From an uncultured Flavobacteriales bacterium (GTDB lineage Bacteria > Bacteroidota > Bacteroidia > Flavobacteriales_D > Crocinitomicaceae): a stretch of 64,000 nucleotides of DNA. The notes under the pieces are model-generated. The model was not told the DNA's origin and ran no database searches. It was given only the letters and a program-made list of their open reading frames with translations. Position 1 is the first letter of the stretch. Each line of letters opens with the position of its first letter. The DNA lies in NCBI GenBank assembly GCA_963926475.1, contig CAWUXE010000001.1, positions 24,820 to 88,819 on the forward strand, given 5' to 3'. Of the stretch, positions 39,194-50,715 are shown one piece after another. The position numbers were made by a program, and so were the translations under genes.

Positions 39194-39772
39194 ATGAAAA
39201 TCATTTTCTCTACTCATAATCAACACAAAGCAGAAGAAATTGCAGCTCAATTGCCCCAAAAAATTGAGTTATTAACCTTATCTGATTTGAATTGGCACGA
39301 TGAGATTCCAGAAACGGGTTCTACCTTAGAAGAAAATGCGCGCATCAAATCTCAATTTGTCGTGGATCACTTTAAAATGAATTGTTTCTCAGATGACACT
39401 GGACTTGAAGTAGAAGCGCTAAACGGTGAACCTGGGATCTACTCTGCCCGATACGCTGGTATTGATAAAAATAGCGAAGCAAATATGGATTTGTTGTTGC
39501 AAAAATTAGATGAAAATCAAAACCGGAAAGCCCAATTCAAAACCATAATCTCCTTGTTTTGGAACGGAAAATTTCAGCAATTTGAAGGAATAGTAAAAGG
39601 AAAAATAACACTGGAACGTTCGGGAAACGGTGGTTTTGGATACGATCCTATCTTTCAACCAGACGAGGCGAATTGTACTTTTGCAGAAATGACAATGACC
39701 GAAAAAAGCAAAATCTCTCACCGCGGACGAGCGATTGCCAAAATGTTAGTTTTCCTATCAGAGAATATGTAA
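39194..39772 (+). CDS. rdgB: Non-canonical purine NTP pyrophosphatase (RdgB/HAM1 family)
   Basis: MKIIFSTHNQHKAEE, ETGSTLEENA, DDTGLEV, GGFGYDPIF, SHRGRA motifs. Confidence 0.9.
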   Translation: MKIIFSTHNQHKAEEIAAQLPQKIELLTLSDLNWHDEIPETGSTLEENARIKSQFVVDHFKMNCFSDDTGLEVEALNGEPGIYSARYAGIDKNSEANMDLLLQKLDENQNRKAQFKTIISLFWNGKFQQFEGIVKGKITLERSGNGGFGYDPIFQPDEANCTFAEMTMTEKSKISHRGRAIAKMLVFLSENM

Positions 39773-39786
39773 ATATAGCTTGATAA

Positions 39787-42096
<2,310 letters not shown>

Positions 42097-42106
42097 TGGG
42101 CGAGTG

Positions 42107-42706
42107 TTAATCACTCACAAAATTCTCAACTCTATCTTTCGCGACAACCCCAAATTGGTTGTTCGTCCAAAACTTGACGGCCTTTCCGTTCTCAATCATT
42201 ATGAAAGTGGGATAACTTGTTCCAGTTACGGCAGTGAATTCAATGTCATTTTTCAATTGTTTGACCTTGAATTTTCCGTCTATCGCTTTTTCGTATTTTC
42301 CAATTGCCTCACCAGCGAGAAAACCGATTACATCAAATTCTATTTTGAGTTTCGGCTTTCTTTTTTTTATGATTTTCAGCCCTTCGATAGATTCCATGCA
42401 ATAGCCACAGCCTGGCAGAGCTAACACCAAAAGTCCATTTCTCATGGTTTGTGTTTTCAAATTTTTAATGGAAATGGTTGTCCCCTGATCTGAAAAATCA
42501 CCTTGATAAATAGTATTCACGGTAAAATAACCAATGAAAGGGGTGATTAAGAAGAAAAGACCCAAAGTGATTGCTATTCTTTTGTCCGATTTGAACCGAC
42601 GATAAACGAGAATAGCCAGCAATAACCCAAAAAGAATCACCAATACATACGGAATAATTTTACTCATCGTATGTGACAAACCCCAATCCAATAAAAACGT
42701 TTCCAT
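42107..42706 (-). CDS. Membrane-anchored thioredoxin-fold protein (CxxC)
   Basis: Two N-terminal TM helices, then LALPGCGYCMES (CGYC redox motif). Confidence 0.55.
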   Translation of the reverse strand: METFLLDWGLSHTMSKIIPYVLVILFGLLLAILVYRRFKSDKRIAITLGLFFLITPFIGYFTVNTIYQGDFSDQGTTISIKNLKTQTMRNGLLVLALPGCGYCMESIEGLKIIKKRKPKLKIEFDVIGFLAGEAIGKYEKAIDGKFKVKQLKNDIEFTAVTGTSYPTFIMIENGKAVKFWTNNQFGVVAKDRVENFVSD

Positions 42707-42792
42707 TTAGCGATATTAAGCAATAATACGAAGTTATTACAGTTTCCCACTGCAAATATGTTCACTTTTAATAATTGTTTAACTTTAAACCA

Positions 42793-44199
42793 ATGAAATT
42801 AATATTATCCATTTTATTGGTCTTAGTTCTATTAATAACTATGGGTTCATGCGGATCAATCGTTCCACAACAACCCAGTTTTACGGAAACAGCACTTCTA
42901 GAAGTCCCAGAAAGAACGGGTGCTTTAAAATTGCCCATTGAAATTGATTTAACACCATATTTGGATTTGGTGGACAAAGAAATACCCTCGAAATTTTGGG
43001 GGAAAGATGATCCATGCGACGGCGTTGCGTACAGCTATTATTTCAAAAGAGAGCCTATTCAGTTTGAGGGCAATAAAAGCACAATGACGTATAACATTGA
43101 CGGGGAATATAACATTCGGGCAAACTATTGTGCAAAATGCGCCGAAGCTTTTGGTAGTGGGCCTTTTTGCTTGACACCCCGTATTTATGTGAGTTGTGGT
43201 GTGGGAGAGCCTTTGAGAAAAATTCAAATAGGATTTGAAAGCAAAATAGCATTAGAAGCAAATTATTTACTGAAGAGTAAAACCTCCTTGGTAAAAACTA
43301 ATATTATCAATCCTTGCGAATTGTCTTTTATCAATTACGACGCTTCAAAAATTATTGAAAAGGAGATCAGTACCGCCTTAATTGAAATGGAGGATGAAAT
43401 CGATGAGCAAATCGCTTCAGTAGACATGAAATCGACGATTACCGAAGTTTGGGACGCCCTTCAGGAATCGATGCTGGTGGAAGGTATGGGTTATTTAAAT
43501 CTTCGTCCTCAGGAAATTGATGTGGAGCCAATCACATTTAAAAAGCAAAAAGGATACGTAACCGTTAATCTTGTTTTAAGTCCCGTTTTTTCGACAGATT
43601 CTATCAATTTAACAAAGAAAAGTCTACCCTTTTTAACGAAGATAAAATCTAAAAAGGACTTCAGCCTTCCTATTCTTACGCTTGCTTCATATGACAGTAT
43701 CAATTCCATTTTGAGTCAGAACATGGATAATTTGGTGATTCCCTACAAAAAGAAAAAAATTATTATCACTTCGGCAAAAGCGCTAGGCCCAGTTGGCAGC
43801 AAGTTGCTGTTTGAAGTAATTTTTACTGGAAGTAAAAAAGGCAAACTGTACTTGATAGGAACACCAGCCTACGACTCCAAAACACATATTATTAGTTTTC
43901 CTGATCTAGAATTCGATATTCGATCACGGGATGCTATTTTGAAATCGGCAAAATGGCTTTTCGACAAAAAACTGACGACTCTTCTACGAGAAAAAGCATT
44001 GTACGATTTGACGGAACAATTGGAATTGGCACGAAACGAAATTGAGACGCAATTGAACATTCCAATGGAAATATCAAAAGGTCAATTTGCTTATTTCAGC
44101 GGTAAATTGACAGATTTCAATATTTCAACCTTAAATATTGGAACATTAGGGATTCAGCTAATTGTGGATTTATCTGGAAACTTATCCATCAGGCTATAA
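42793..44199 (+). CDS. Hypothetical lipoprotein (possibly DUF4403-like)
   Basis: Lipobox LLITMGSCG, about 468 aa. Family call is from memory only. Confidence 0.5.
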   Translation: MKLILSILLVLVLLITMGSCGSIVPQQPSFTETALLEVPERTGALKLPIEIDLTPYLDLVDKEIPSKFWGKDDPCDGVAYSYYFKREPIQFEGNKSTMTYNIDGEYNIRANYCAKCAEAFGSGPFCLTPRIYVSCGVGEPLRKIQIGFESKIALEANYLLKSKTSLVKTNIINPCELSFINYDASKIIEKEISTALIEMEDEIDEQIASVDMKSTITEVWDALQESMLVEGMGYLNLRPQEIDVEPITFKKQKGYVTVNLVLSPVFSTDSINLTKKSLPFLTKIKSKKDFSLPILTLASYDSINSILSQNMDNLVIPYKKKKIIITSAKALGPVGSKLLFEVIFTGSKKGKLYLIGTPAYDSKTHIISFPDLEFDIRSRDAILKSAKWLFDKKLTTLLREKALYDLTEQLELARNEIETQLNIPMEISKGQFAYFSGKLTDFNISTLNIGTLGIQLIVDLSGNLSIRL

Positions 44200-44401
44200 T
44201 CTAAATCGTATTTGGAATAATTCTTGATTAACTATTTAATGTGAATTCTCTGTTGATTCACCAATAAGACACATAGTGTTTTGTTGTATATTTGTGAAAA
44301 AGTTGACAGCCACAGGTTATGGGGGCACAAGACCAGTTTTCAAGAATCCAACTCGCGCTGAAGAGTAAAGAGCCAATCGTCGAGTTGAAATATTGATACT
44401 A

Positions 44402-44441
44402 TAAAAAATCCCTTTTTACAACAACTGTCACAAAAAGGGAT
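44402..44441 (-). terminator. Rho-independent terminator after frr
   Basis: tcccttttt / aaaaaggga 9-bp stem followed by a T-tract on the minus strand. Confidence 0.7.
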
Positions 44442-44466
44442 CTTCAATATTTAGTTTCGAGGGAGT

Positions 44467-45030
44467 TTATATTGTCATGATATCCGTCTCTTTCAATTCA
44501 AACATATCATCAATTCTCTTTGTATAAGCATCGGTAATTTCTTGAACTCGTCCTTCAGCATCTTTTGTCATGTCTTCTGAAAGTCCATCGTTCTTTAAAT
44601 CTTTTACCATATCCAGGCTATCTTTTCGGTGATTTCTAACAGCGACTTTAATATTTTCGCATTCAGCCTTAGCAATCTTAACCAAATCCTTTCTGCGCTC
44701 TTCCGTCAAGGCCGGAACGCTAATGATTAACATCTCTCCATTGTTCTGAGGCGCAAAACCCAAGTTAGCATTAATTATTCCCGTTGCTATATCGTTCAAC
44801 AAAGGTTTTTCCCAAGGTTGAACCGTCAAAGTTCGAGCATCCAAAGTATTCACATTTGCCACTTGAGACAATGGGGTTTGCGTACCATAATAATCAACTG
44901 TCACACTACTCAACATTGACGGAGTCGCTTTACCTGCGCGTATTTTTGACAAATCAAATTCCAATCTTTCCAACGACTTATCGTTAGCTGATTTGAATTC
45001 ATCATATATCATATTTAAATCTTCAATCAT
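44467..45030 (-). CDS. frr: Ribosome recycling factor
   Basis: Conserved Frr sequence (IRAGKATPSML, LTEERRKDLVK). 187 aa. Confidence 0.95.
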   Translation of the reverse strand: MIEDLNMIYDEFKSANDKSLERLEFDLSKIRAGKATPSMLSSVTVDYYGTQTPLSQVANVNTLDARTLTVQPWEKPLLNDIATGIINANLGFAPQNNGEMLIISVPALTEERRKDLVKIAKAECENIKVAVRNHRKDSLDMVKDLKNDGLSEDMTKDAEGRVQEITDAYTKRIDDMFELKETDIMTI

Positions 45031-45057
45031 AATAAAGTATTAATCTAAATTCATGAA

Positions 45058-45765
45058 CTAATTACGAACAATTGTGCCAATTTGTTCGCCGTTCAACAAT
45101 TGTTTTAATCTTCCTGGAGTATCCATGTCAAATACGATAATTGGTAAATTGTTTTCTTTGCACAAGGTGAACGCCGTCATATCCATAATTTTTAATCCTT
45201 TTCCATACGCATCATCATAGGTTATCATGTCGTACTTTGTGGCTGTAGGGTCTTTAAATGGGTCTGCTGTATAAATTCCGTCAACTCTCGTTCCTTTCAA
45301 AATGGCATCTGCATTTACTTCAATAGCTCTCAACGCCGCTGCTGAATCTGTTGTGAAATACGGATTGCCTGTTCCAGCTCCAAAAATCACGACACGCCCT
45401 TTTTCAAGGTGACGCATGGCTCTTCTTCTAACGAATGGTTCAGCGATTTCTTTCATTTCTATGGCAGATTGCAATCTGGTTTTCACACCAGCTGACTCCA
45501 ATGCTGCCTGCAAGGCCATACTATTAATCATAGTTGCCAACATGCCCATATAATCACCATGGGTTCGATCCATTCCACCTTCTTCGGCTTGTACACCTCT
45601 GAAAATATTACCTCCACCAATAACAATAGCGATTTCTACGCCAGATTCATGTACTTCTTTGATTTGTTCGGCATACGAACTCAAACGTTTATTGTCGATT
45701 CCAAACTGTTTATCGCCCATAAGGGACTCACCGCTCAGTTTTAGGAGAATTCTTTTGTATTTCAT
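45058..45765 (-). CDS. pyrH: UMP kinase
   Basis: [39 protein letters not shown]. Confidence 0.95.
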   Translation of the reverse strand: MKYKRILLKLSGESLMGDKQFGIDNKRLSSYAEQIKEVHESGVEIAIVIGGGNIFRGVQAEEGGMDRTHGDYMGMLATMINSMALQAALESAGVKTRLQSAIEMKEIAEPFVRRRAMRHLEKGRVVIFGAGTGNPYFTTDSAAALRAIEVNADAILKGTRVDGIYTADPFKDPTATKYDMITYDDAYGKGLKIMDMTAFTLCKENNLPIIVFDMDTPGRLKQLLNGEQIGTIVRN

Positions 45766-45858
45766 TATAGAGATTCTATTTTGCTTTGCAAATATAAATA
45801 AAGAGAATAGTATGAGGCGAAAAAGTTGTGAACGAGTTTAAAGAATAGGCGCTTTTGA

Positions 45859-46158
45859 TTATTGATAGTTACTTGTCCAATCTTTCAAGTCCTTCATTCC
45901 CTGATGATTGAGGCTACCTTTATAAAAAATTGGAAAGAAACCTACCTTTATTATTTCTGCTTGCTTCATCTTTTTAAGATGATTATTAACACTTGATGGA
46001 GAAAGTTCGATATATTTAGTGAGATCTACGTTTTTGCACCATTCCTTTTCGTAAAGAATTTCTAAAATTCTAACCCTCGCTGGGTTTGAAAGTGCTCGTC
46101 CAATGTTGGCGATCAGTTTTTCGTTTTCTGAGAATTGTTTTGTTTTTGAAGCTTCCAT
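45859..46158 (-). CDS. ArsR/SmtB-like winged-helix transcriptional regulator
   Basis: ALSNPARVRILEIL ... LSPSSVNNHLKKM HTH pattern. 99 aa. Confidence 0.65.
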   Translation of the reverse strand: MEASKTKQFSENEKLIANIGRALSNPARVRILEILYEKEWCKNVDLTKYIELSPSSVNNHLKKMKQAEIIKVGFFPIFYKGSLNHQGMKDLKDWTSNYQ

Positions 46159-46320
46159 TTTTAGTTTAGTTTGGTTTGTGAAATTTCGATTACCGAATTA
46201 AGTTAGTCAAAAAACTCAGTAATAAAAAACAAAATTCGAAACTTTTAAATACTTCGAAATACTTCTGACAGTCAGTAAGTTAAGTTGCAACCGTATCAAA
46301 AAACCCAAACCTACCAAAAA

Positions 46321-46353
46321 CAAAAAACCGTCTTGGAAAATCCAAGACGGTTT
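46321..46353 (-). terminator. Rho-independent terminator after tsf
   Basis: aaccgtcttgg / ccaagacggtt stem with a 4-nt loop, followed by tttttgttttt on the minus strand. Confidence 0.75.
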
Positions 46354-46376
46354 CGAAAAACTATTTAATTAATCGC

Positions 46377-47207
46377 TTAGCTCATTGCCAAACGCTTAAA
46401 GTCTATAACTGCTAATCCACTCTCAGCAGATGCAACGAATTCCTCAACTGATATTTTATTATCACGAATAAATTCTTGACTCAACAATGTGTTTTCTTTA
46501 AAGAATTTGTTCAAACGTCCGTGAGCAATTTTCTCTGCCATTTCAGCAGGTTTGCCTTCTTGAATTGCCAAGTCTTTTCCAACTTCCAATTCACGAGCGA
46601 TTGTATCTTTATCAATACCTTCTTTGCTCAATGACAAAGGATTCATTGCAGCAACTTGCATAGCAACTTGTTTCCCAGCATCTTCAGCTGAATCTGATGC
46701 TTTATTCAAAGCAACCAAAGTAGCCAATTGGTTTCCTGGGTGATTGTATGCAACAACTTGTTCTGCTGTTAATACTTCATACCCTGACAAATCTAACTTC
46801 TCTCCGACAACACCAACTTGTTCAGTTATTTTCTCTTCAACAGTTAATCTGTCATTGAACTTCATTCCTTTCAATGAATCAATACTAGTTGCCTTGTTGT
46901 CCATTGCCACTTTCAAAAGTGAATCAACAAACCCACGGAATGAGTCATTTTTAGCAACGAAATCAGTCTCACAGTTCAATCTCAAAACATATCCTGTTTT
47001 TCCACCGTCTGCTGTGTCAGCAATAACTAAACCTTCTTTGGCTTCGTTCTCACCGCGCTTCGCAGCTACTTTTTGTCCTTTTTTACGTAAGATGTCTACT
47101 GCCGCTTCGAAGTCACCGTTTGACTCAACCAATGCGTTTTTGCAGTCCATCATTCCTGCACCAGTTTGTTGGCGCAATTTATTTACATCTGATGCTGTGA
47201 TTGCCAT
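46377..47207 (-). CDS. tsf: Translation elongation factor Ts
   Basis: LRQQTGAGMMDCKNAL UBA-like N-terminus. 276 aa. Confidence 0.95.
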   Translation of the reverse strand: MAITASDVNKLRQQTGAGMMDCKNALVESNGDFEAAVDILRKKGQKVAAKRGENEAKEGLVIADTADGGKTGYVLRLNCETDFVAKNDSFRGFVDSLLKVAMDNKATSIDSLKGMKFNDRLTVEEKITEQVGVVGEKLDLSGYEVLTAEQVVAYNHPGNQLATLVALNKASDSAEDAGKQVAMQVAAMNPLSLSKEGIDKDTIARELEVGKDLAIQEGKPAEMAEKIAHGRLNKFFKENTLLSQEFIRDNKISVEEFVASAESGLAVIDFKRLAMS

Positions 47208-47247
47208 AGCAATTATATTTCTTTAATTAATTAATCTTCATTGTTTC

Positions 47248-48423
47248 TTATTTCGCTGTAGCTTTCTTAGAAGGAGCAGCTTTACCACCACCCATTCCAT
47301 CTTGCCACGCTTTGAGCTCATCCCACTTACCTTCAGCAGCCATTCCAGCTTGTTTTGGCCATGTGTCTGGTGTGTGATTTCCACGAACACCTTCAATGAT
47401 TTCAGCGATTTTCTCAGCAGTTGATCCTGCTACGTCAGCATAAGTTGCTAATCCTGCCGCTACTAATGTTTCAGCAATTTTCGGTCCAACACCTTCGATT
47501 TTCGTTAAATCATCAGCTTTAGCATTTGATTTTGTCGCTTTCGCTTTCTTTACAGGAGCTACTTCTTTCACTTCTTCTTTTGCTTCAGGAGATTTTGCCA
47601 CTATAGCTTTTTCTTCCTTCGCTTTTCCTTCAACTACAGGTTCTGCAACTTTAGTTTTACGTGGACGAGTTGTTTTTGCTGGTGCTTCAGAAGAAATTCC
47701 AGATTCTTCAGGAGTTTTTTCTTTGTCGCCACCTGCTTTTCTTTCTGCCAATCCATCTTTGATAGCATCACAAATCGTATCAATAATAATTGAAATCGAT
47801 TTTGTTGCATCATCATTTGCAGGAATAGGGAAATCAACCAAACGAGGGTCAGAATTCGTGTCAACCATTGCGAAAATTGGAATGTTTAATCTTTTTGCTT
47901 CGTTCAAAGCAATATGCTCTTTCAAAATATCTACCAAGAAAACTGCAGCTGGCTGACGTGTCATGTCTACGATAGAACCAAAATTCTTTTCTAGTTTTTC
48001 TCTTTGACGAGTTTTGAAAAGACGCTCTCTCTTGTTCAATGTTTCCCATGTACCATCTGTTTGCATTTTGTCGATAGTCGACATTTTACGAATAGACTTA
48101 CGAGTTGTTTGGAAGTTTGTCAACATTCCTCCTGACCATCTTTCAGTAACGAAAGGCATGTTCAATTCTTTAACCTTGTCTGCAACAAGATCTTTGGCTT
48201 GTTTTTTCGTTGCTACGAAAAGAATTTTCTTTCCGGATTTGGCGATTTGTTTCATTGCCGCTGCAGCTTGATCCAAGTGCGCGATTGTCTTATTTAAATC
48301 AATGATATGGATACCTTTTTTCTCTTCAAAGATATACGGCGCCATTGCCGGATTCCATTTTCTTCTCAAGTGACCGAAATGTACACCTGCTTCTAATAAA
48401 TTATCGAATGTAACTTTTGACAT
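47248..48423 (-). CDS. rpsB: 30S ribosomal protein S2 with about 130-aa C-terminal extension (Lys/Glu/Ala-rich linker plus helix-hairpin-helix-like domain)
   Basis: Canonical S2 core (GVHFGH, FVGTKKQ-like FVATKKQ, VDTNSDP) ends near residue 250. The tail contains DDLTKIEGVGPKIAETLVAAGL...TWPKQAGMAAEGKWDELKAWQ. Confidence 0.95.
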   Translation of the reverse strand: MSKVTFDNLLEAGVHFGHLRRKWNPAMAPYIFEEKKGIHIIDLNKTIAHLDQAAAAMKQIAKSGKKILFVATKKQAKDLVADKVKELNMPFVTERWSGGMLTNFQTTRKSIRKMSTIDKMQTDGTWETLNKRERLFKTRQREKLEKNFGSIVDMTRQPAAVFLVDILKEHIALNEAKRLNIPIFAMVDTNSDPRLVDFPIPANDDATKSISIIIDTICDAIKDGLAERKAGGDKEKTPEESGISSEAPAKTTRPRKTKVAEPVVEGKAKEEKAIVAKSPEAKEEVKEVAPVKKAKATKSNAKADDLTKIEGVGPKIAETLVAAGLATYADVAGSTAEKIAEIIEGVRGNHTPDTWPKQAGMAAEGKWDELKAWQDGMGGGKAAPSKKATAK

Positions 48424-48539
48424 TTTTGTTTTTTTAATTTGTTTACGTTCCTTTAGTTATCAGTTAACGGAGGGTTCCCGAGGGAAGGGTACTCCGTACT
48501 TGGATACTAAACAAGCGCCAAAATAGTTTACTATTAATC

Positions 48540-48926
48540 TTAACGTTTCGAGAATTGGAATTTCTTTCTCGCTTTTGGTTGACCTGGTTTTTTACGTTCC
48601 ACCATTCTTGGGTCACGTGTCATTAAACCGTCAGCTTTTAAAAGCGGCTTATAATCTTCCGAAACTTTAACCAAAGCACGAGAGATACCCAAACGGATAG
48701 CTTCTGCTTGACCATTGATTCCTCCTCCTACAACAGTTACGTTGATGTCATATTGACCAACTGTATCTGTTTTCTCGAAAGGCTGAACCACTTTTCCTTG
48801 CAATACTGCAACTGGAAAATGCTCCTTATAATCCTTTTTATTTACGATCACGTTCCCTTTACCTTTTTTCATGTAAACACGAGCAACGGATGTTTTTCTT
48901 CTTCCTAATGTGTTGATGATTTCCAT
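48540..48926 (-). CDS. rpsI: 30S ribosomal protein S9
   Basis: GRRKTSVARV, GGG..GQA.A...GI.RAL, C-terminal KFQFSKR. Confidence 0.95.
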   Translation of the reverse strand: MEIINTLGRRKTSVARVYMKKGKGNVIVNKKDYKEHFPVAVLQGKVVQPFEKTDTVGQYDINVTVVGGGINGQAEAIRLGISRALVKVSEDYKPLLKADGLMTRDPRMVERKKPGQPKARKKFQFSKR

Positions 48927-48931
48927 ACTGA

Positions 48932-49387
48932 TTATTTGAATGTGTTAAGGTCAAGTACAGTCGGTTTTTGAGCTTCTTGATTGTGCTCAGCACCAACATA
49001 CACCTTAAGGTTTCTAAATAGTTCTCTACCTAAAGTATTTTTAGGCAACATCCCTTTTACCGCTTTTTCAATCAAGCGTCCGGGTTGTTTTCTCAACATC
49101 TGTTCCGCAGTAGTCGTTTTCTGACCACCGGGGTAGCCTGTGTAACGAACGTATTCTTTATCAACCAATTTCGCTCCCGAAAAAGCTACTTTTTCTGCAT
49201 TGATGATAATTACGTTGTCACCACAGTCTGCATGTGGGGTAAAGTTAACCTTGTGTTTTCCACGGATAACTTTCGCCACCTTGCTTGCTAGACGACCAAG
49301 CGTTTGGCCTTCTGCGTCTACGATAAACCACTGCTTATCAGCAGTTTCTTTATTCGTAGATCGGGTTTTGTAACTTAATGTATCCAC
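48932..49387 (-). CDS. rplM: 50S ribosomal protein L13
   Basis: WFIVDAEGQTLGRLAS.VA..IRGKHK, YTGYPGG. Confidence 0.95.
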   Translation of the reverse strand: MDTLSYKTRSTNKETADKQWFIVDAEGQTLGRLASKVAKVIRGKHKVNFTPHADCGDNVIIINAEKVAFSGAKLVDKEYVRYTGYPGGQKTTTAEQMLRKQPGRLIEKAVKGMLPKNTLGRELFRNLKVYVGAEHNQEAQKPTVLDLNTFK

Positions 49388-49432
49388 AATCTTTTTTTAT
49401 TTAAATAAGACAATTCCCCTAAATTGGGGCTG

Positions 49433-49440
49433 CAAAGATA
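49433..49440 (-). promoter_or_regulatory. -7 promoter box TATCTTTG for rplM-rpsI
   Basis: Reverse complement of caaagata. TAnnTTTG match about 45 nt upstream of the rplM start. Confidence 0.4.
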
Positions 49441-49543
49441 TGGTTTCTTGTTTTTATTAACAAGAGATTTTTGGTTTTAATTGAATAAATAATAGCAAGA
49501 ATGAAAAAGAGGTGAAATCCCGTCTCAAAAGTGGTAATTTCGA

Positions 49544-49913
49544 CTAGTTTACTTTTCGCATTTTTGACTCGCCTTGCACACCTAAAGCTGAATACTTGAA
49601 AGTATATTGTTTGTCCGTGCAATCGGCGATCGTTGTAGTGATCATATCACCTTTATTTAGACCTCCTTCAACATTAATTACCTTGACTACTTTCAAAGTA
49701 TATGCTTCAGGACCGATCCACTTAATCTTCATAATAATTTTTGATCGTCCACCATCCTGTGTCTCATACTGCTTCTTTTTTGTGCGAATAACAATGGCAT
49801 CCGAATCTAACCCTACATACTTAAACTTCCCCGTTTTAAATTTGTCAGAACAAGTACCAGTTTGCCCGAAGGAAATGAATGAAAAACAACGTAAATACAA
49901 GAAGTAGCTTCAT
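49544..49913 (-). pseudogene. Small secreted/lipoprotein-like gene with a frameshift in a 5-nt homopolymer (or sequencing error)
   Basis: ATG at 49913 encodes signal-peptide-like MKLLLVFTLFF..., but the long ORF (49544-49900) is in the +1 frame. Removing one base of the A5/T5 run at 49882-49886 gives MKLLLVFTLFSFISFGQTGTCSDKF... Confidence 0.5.
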
Positions 49914-49920
49914 AAAGTTT

Positions 49921-50694
49921 CTATTTGGATTTGAATTTATTAATCGCATTACGCGTGAAATCACTTAAAACTAACTTACCGCTCAAAGCAGCTCTTTCCT
50001 TTAAAAGTTCATCCCAATTTTCTGTTCCTTGCCAAAACACTTCCTTCAATAAGCGCATCGCTTCGGGATTACTTTTCGCTAAGGTCTGAGACAATGCATC
50101 AATTTCTGCATCCATTTCTTCCACGGTTTCAAAAACATCAGCATACAGTCCTTTTTTCATAGCCCAATTTGCCGAACACCAATCTGTTGCATTTATTGCC
50201 AATTGACTCATTGCTGAAGTTCCAATTTTTCGCTCAACTGCAGGACCTACGACAAATGGCCCAATTCCCACTGCTAATTCGGAAAGTTTAATATCAGAAT
50301 ATTGGGTTGCAAAACAATAGTCTACAGCAGAGGCCACTCCAACTCCTCCACCAACTGCCTTTCCTTGAACACGTCCAATTATTAATTTAGGACATTTTCT
50401 ACAAGCGTTAATCACATTGGCAAAGCCAGAGAAAAACACTTTCCCTGTTTCAAAATCTTCAATAGATATTAACTCATCAAAACTTGCTCCAGCACAAAAG
50501 GCCTTTGCTCCAGCCGATTTAAGGACAATTACTTTCACGGAATCATCAGCACCCATTTTTGTAATGGTATCTGCTAACAAGTTCAAAATTTTCCCTGGAA
50601 GTGAATTACTTAATGGGTGACCGAATTCAATAGTAGCTATTGCTGTATCAGAAATTTGGGACGTAACATAACCTTGATGAATTGCATCTGACAT
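49921..50694 (-). CDS. Enoyl-CoA hydratase/isomerase (crotonase) family protein
   Basis: FCAGASFDEL oxyanion-hole region and GKAVGGGVG. Confidence 0.85.
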   Translation of the reverse strand: MSDAIHQGYVTSQISDTAIATIEFGHPLSNSLPGKILNLLADTITKMGADDSVKVIVLKSAGAKAFCAGASFDELISIEDFETGKVFFSGFANVINACRKCPKLIIGRVQGKAVGGGVGVASAVDYCFATQYSDIKLSELAVGIGPFVVGPAVERKIGTSAMSQLAINATDWCSANWAMKKGLYADVFETVEEMDAEIDALSQTLAKSNPEAMRLLKEVFWQGTENWDELLKERAALSGKLVLSDFTRNAINKFKSK

Positions 50695-50715
50695 ATAATT
50701 AATTTGATTTGTTTC

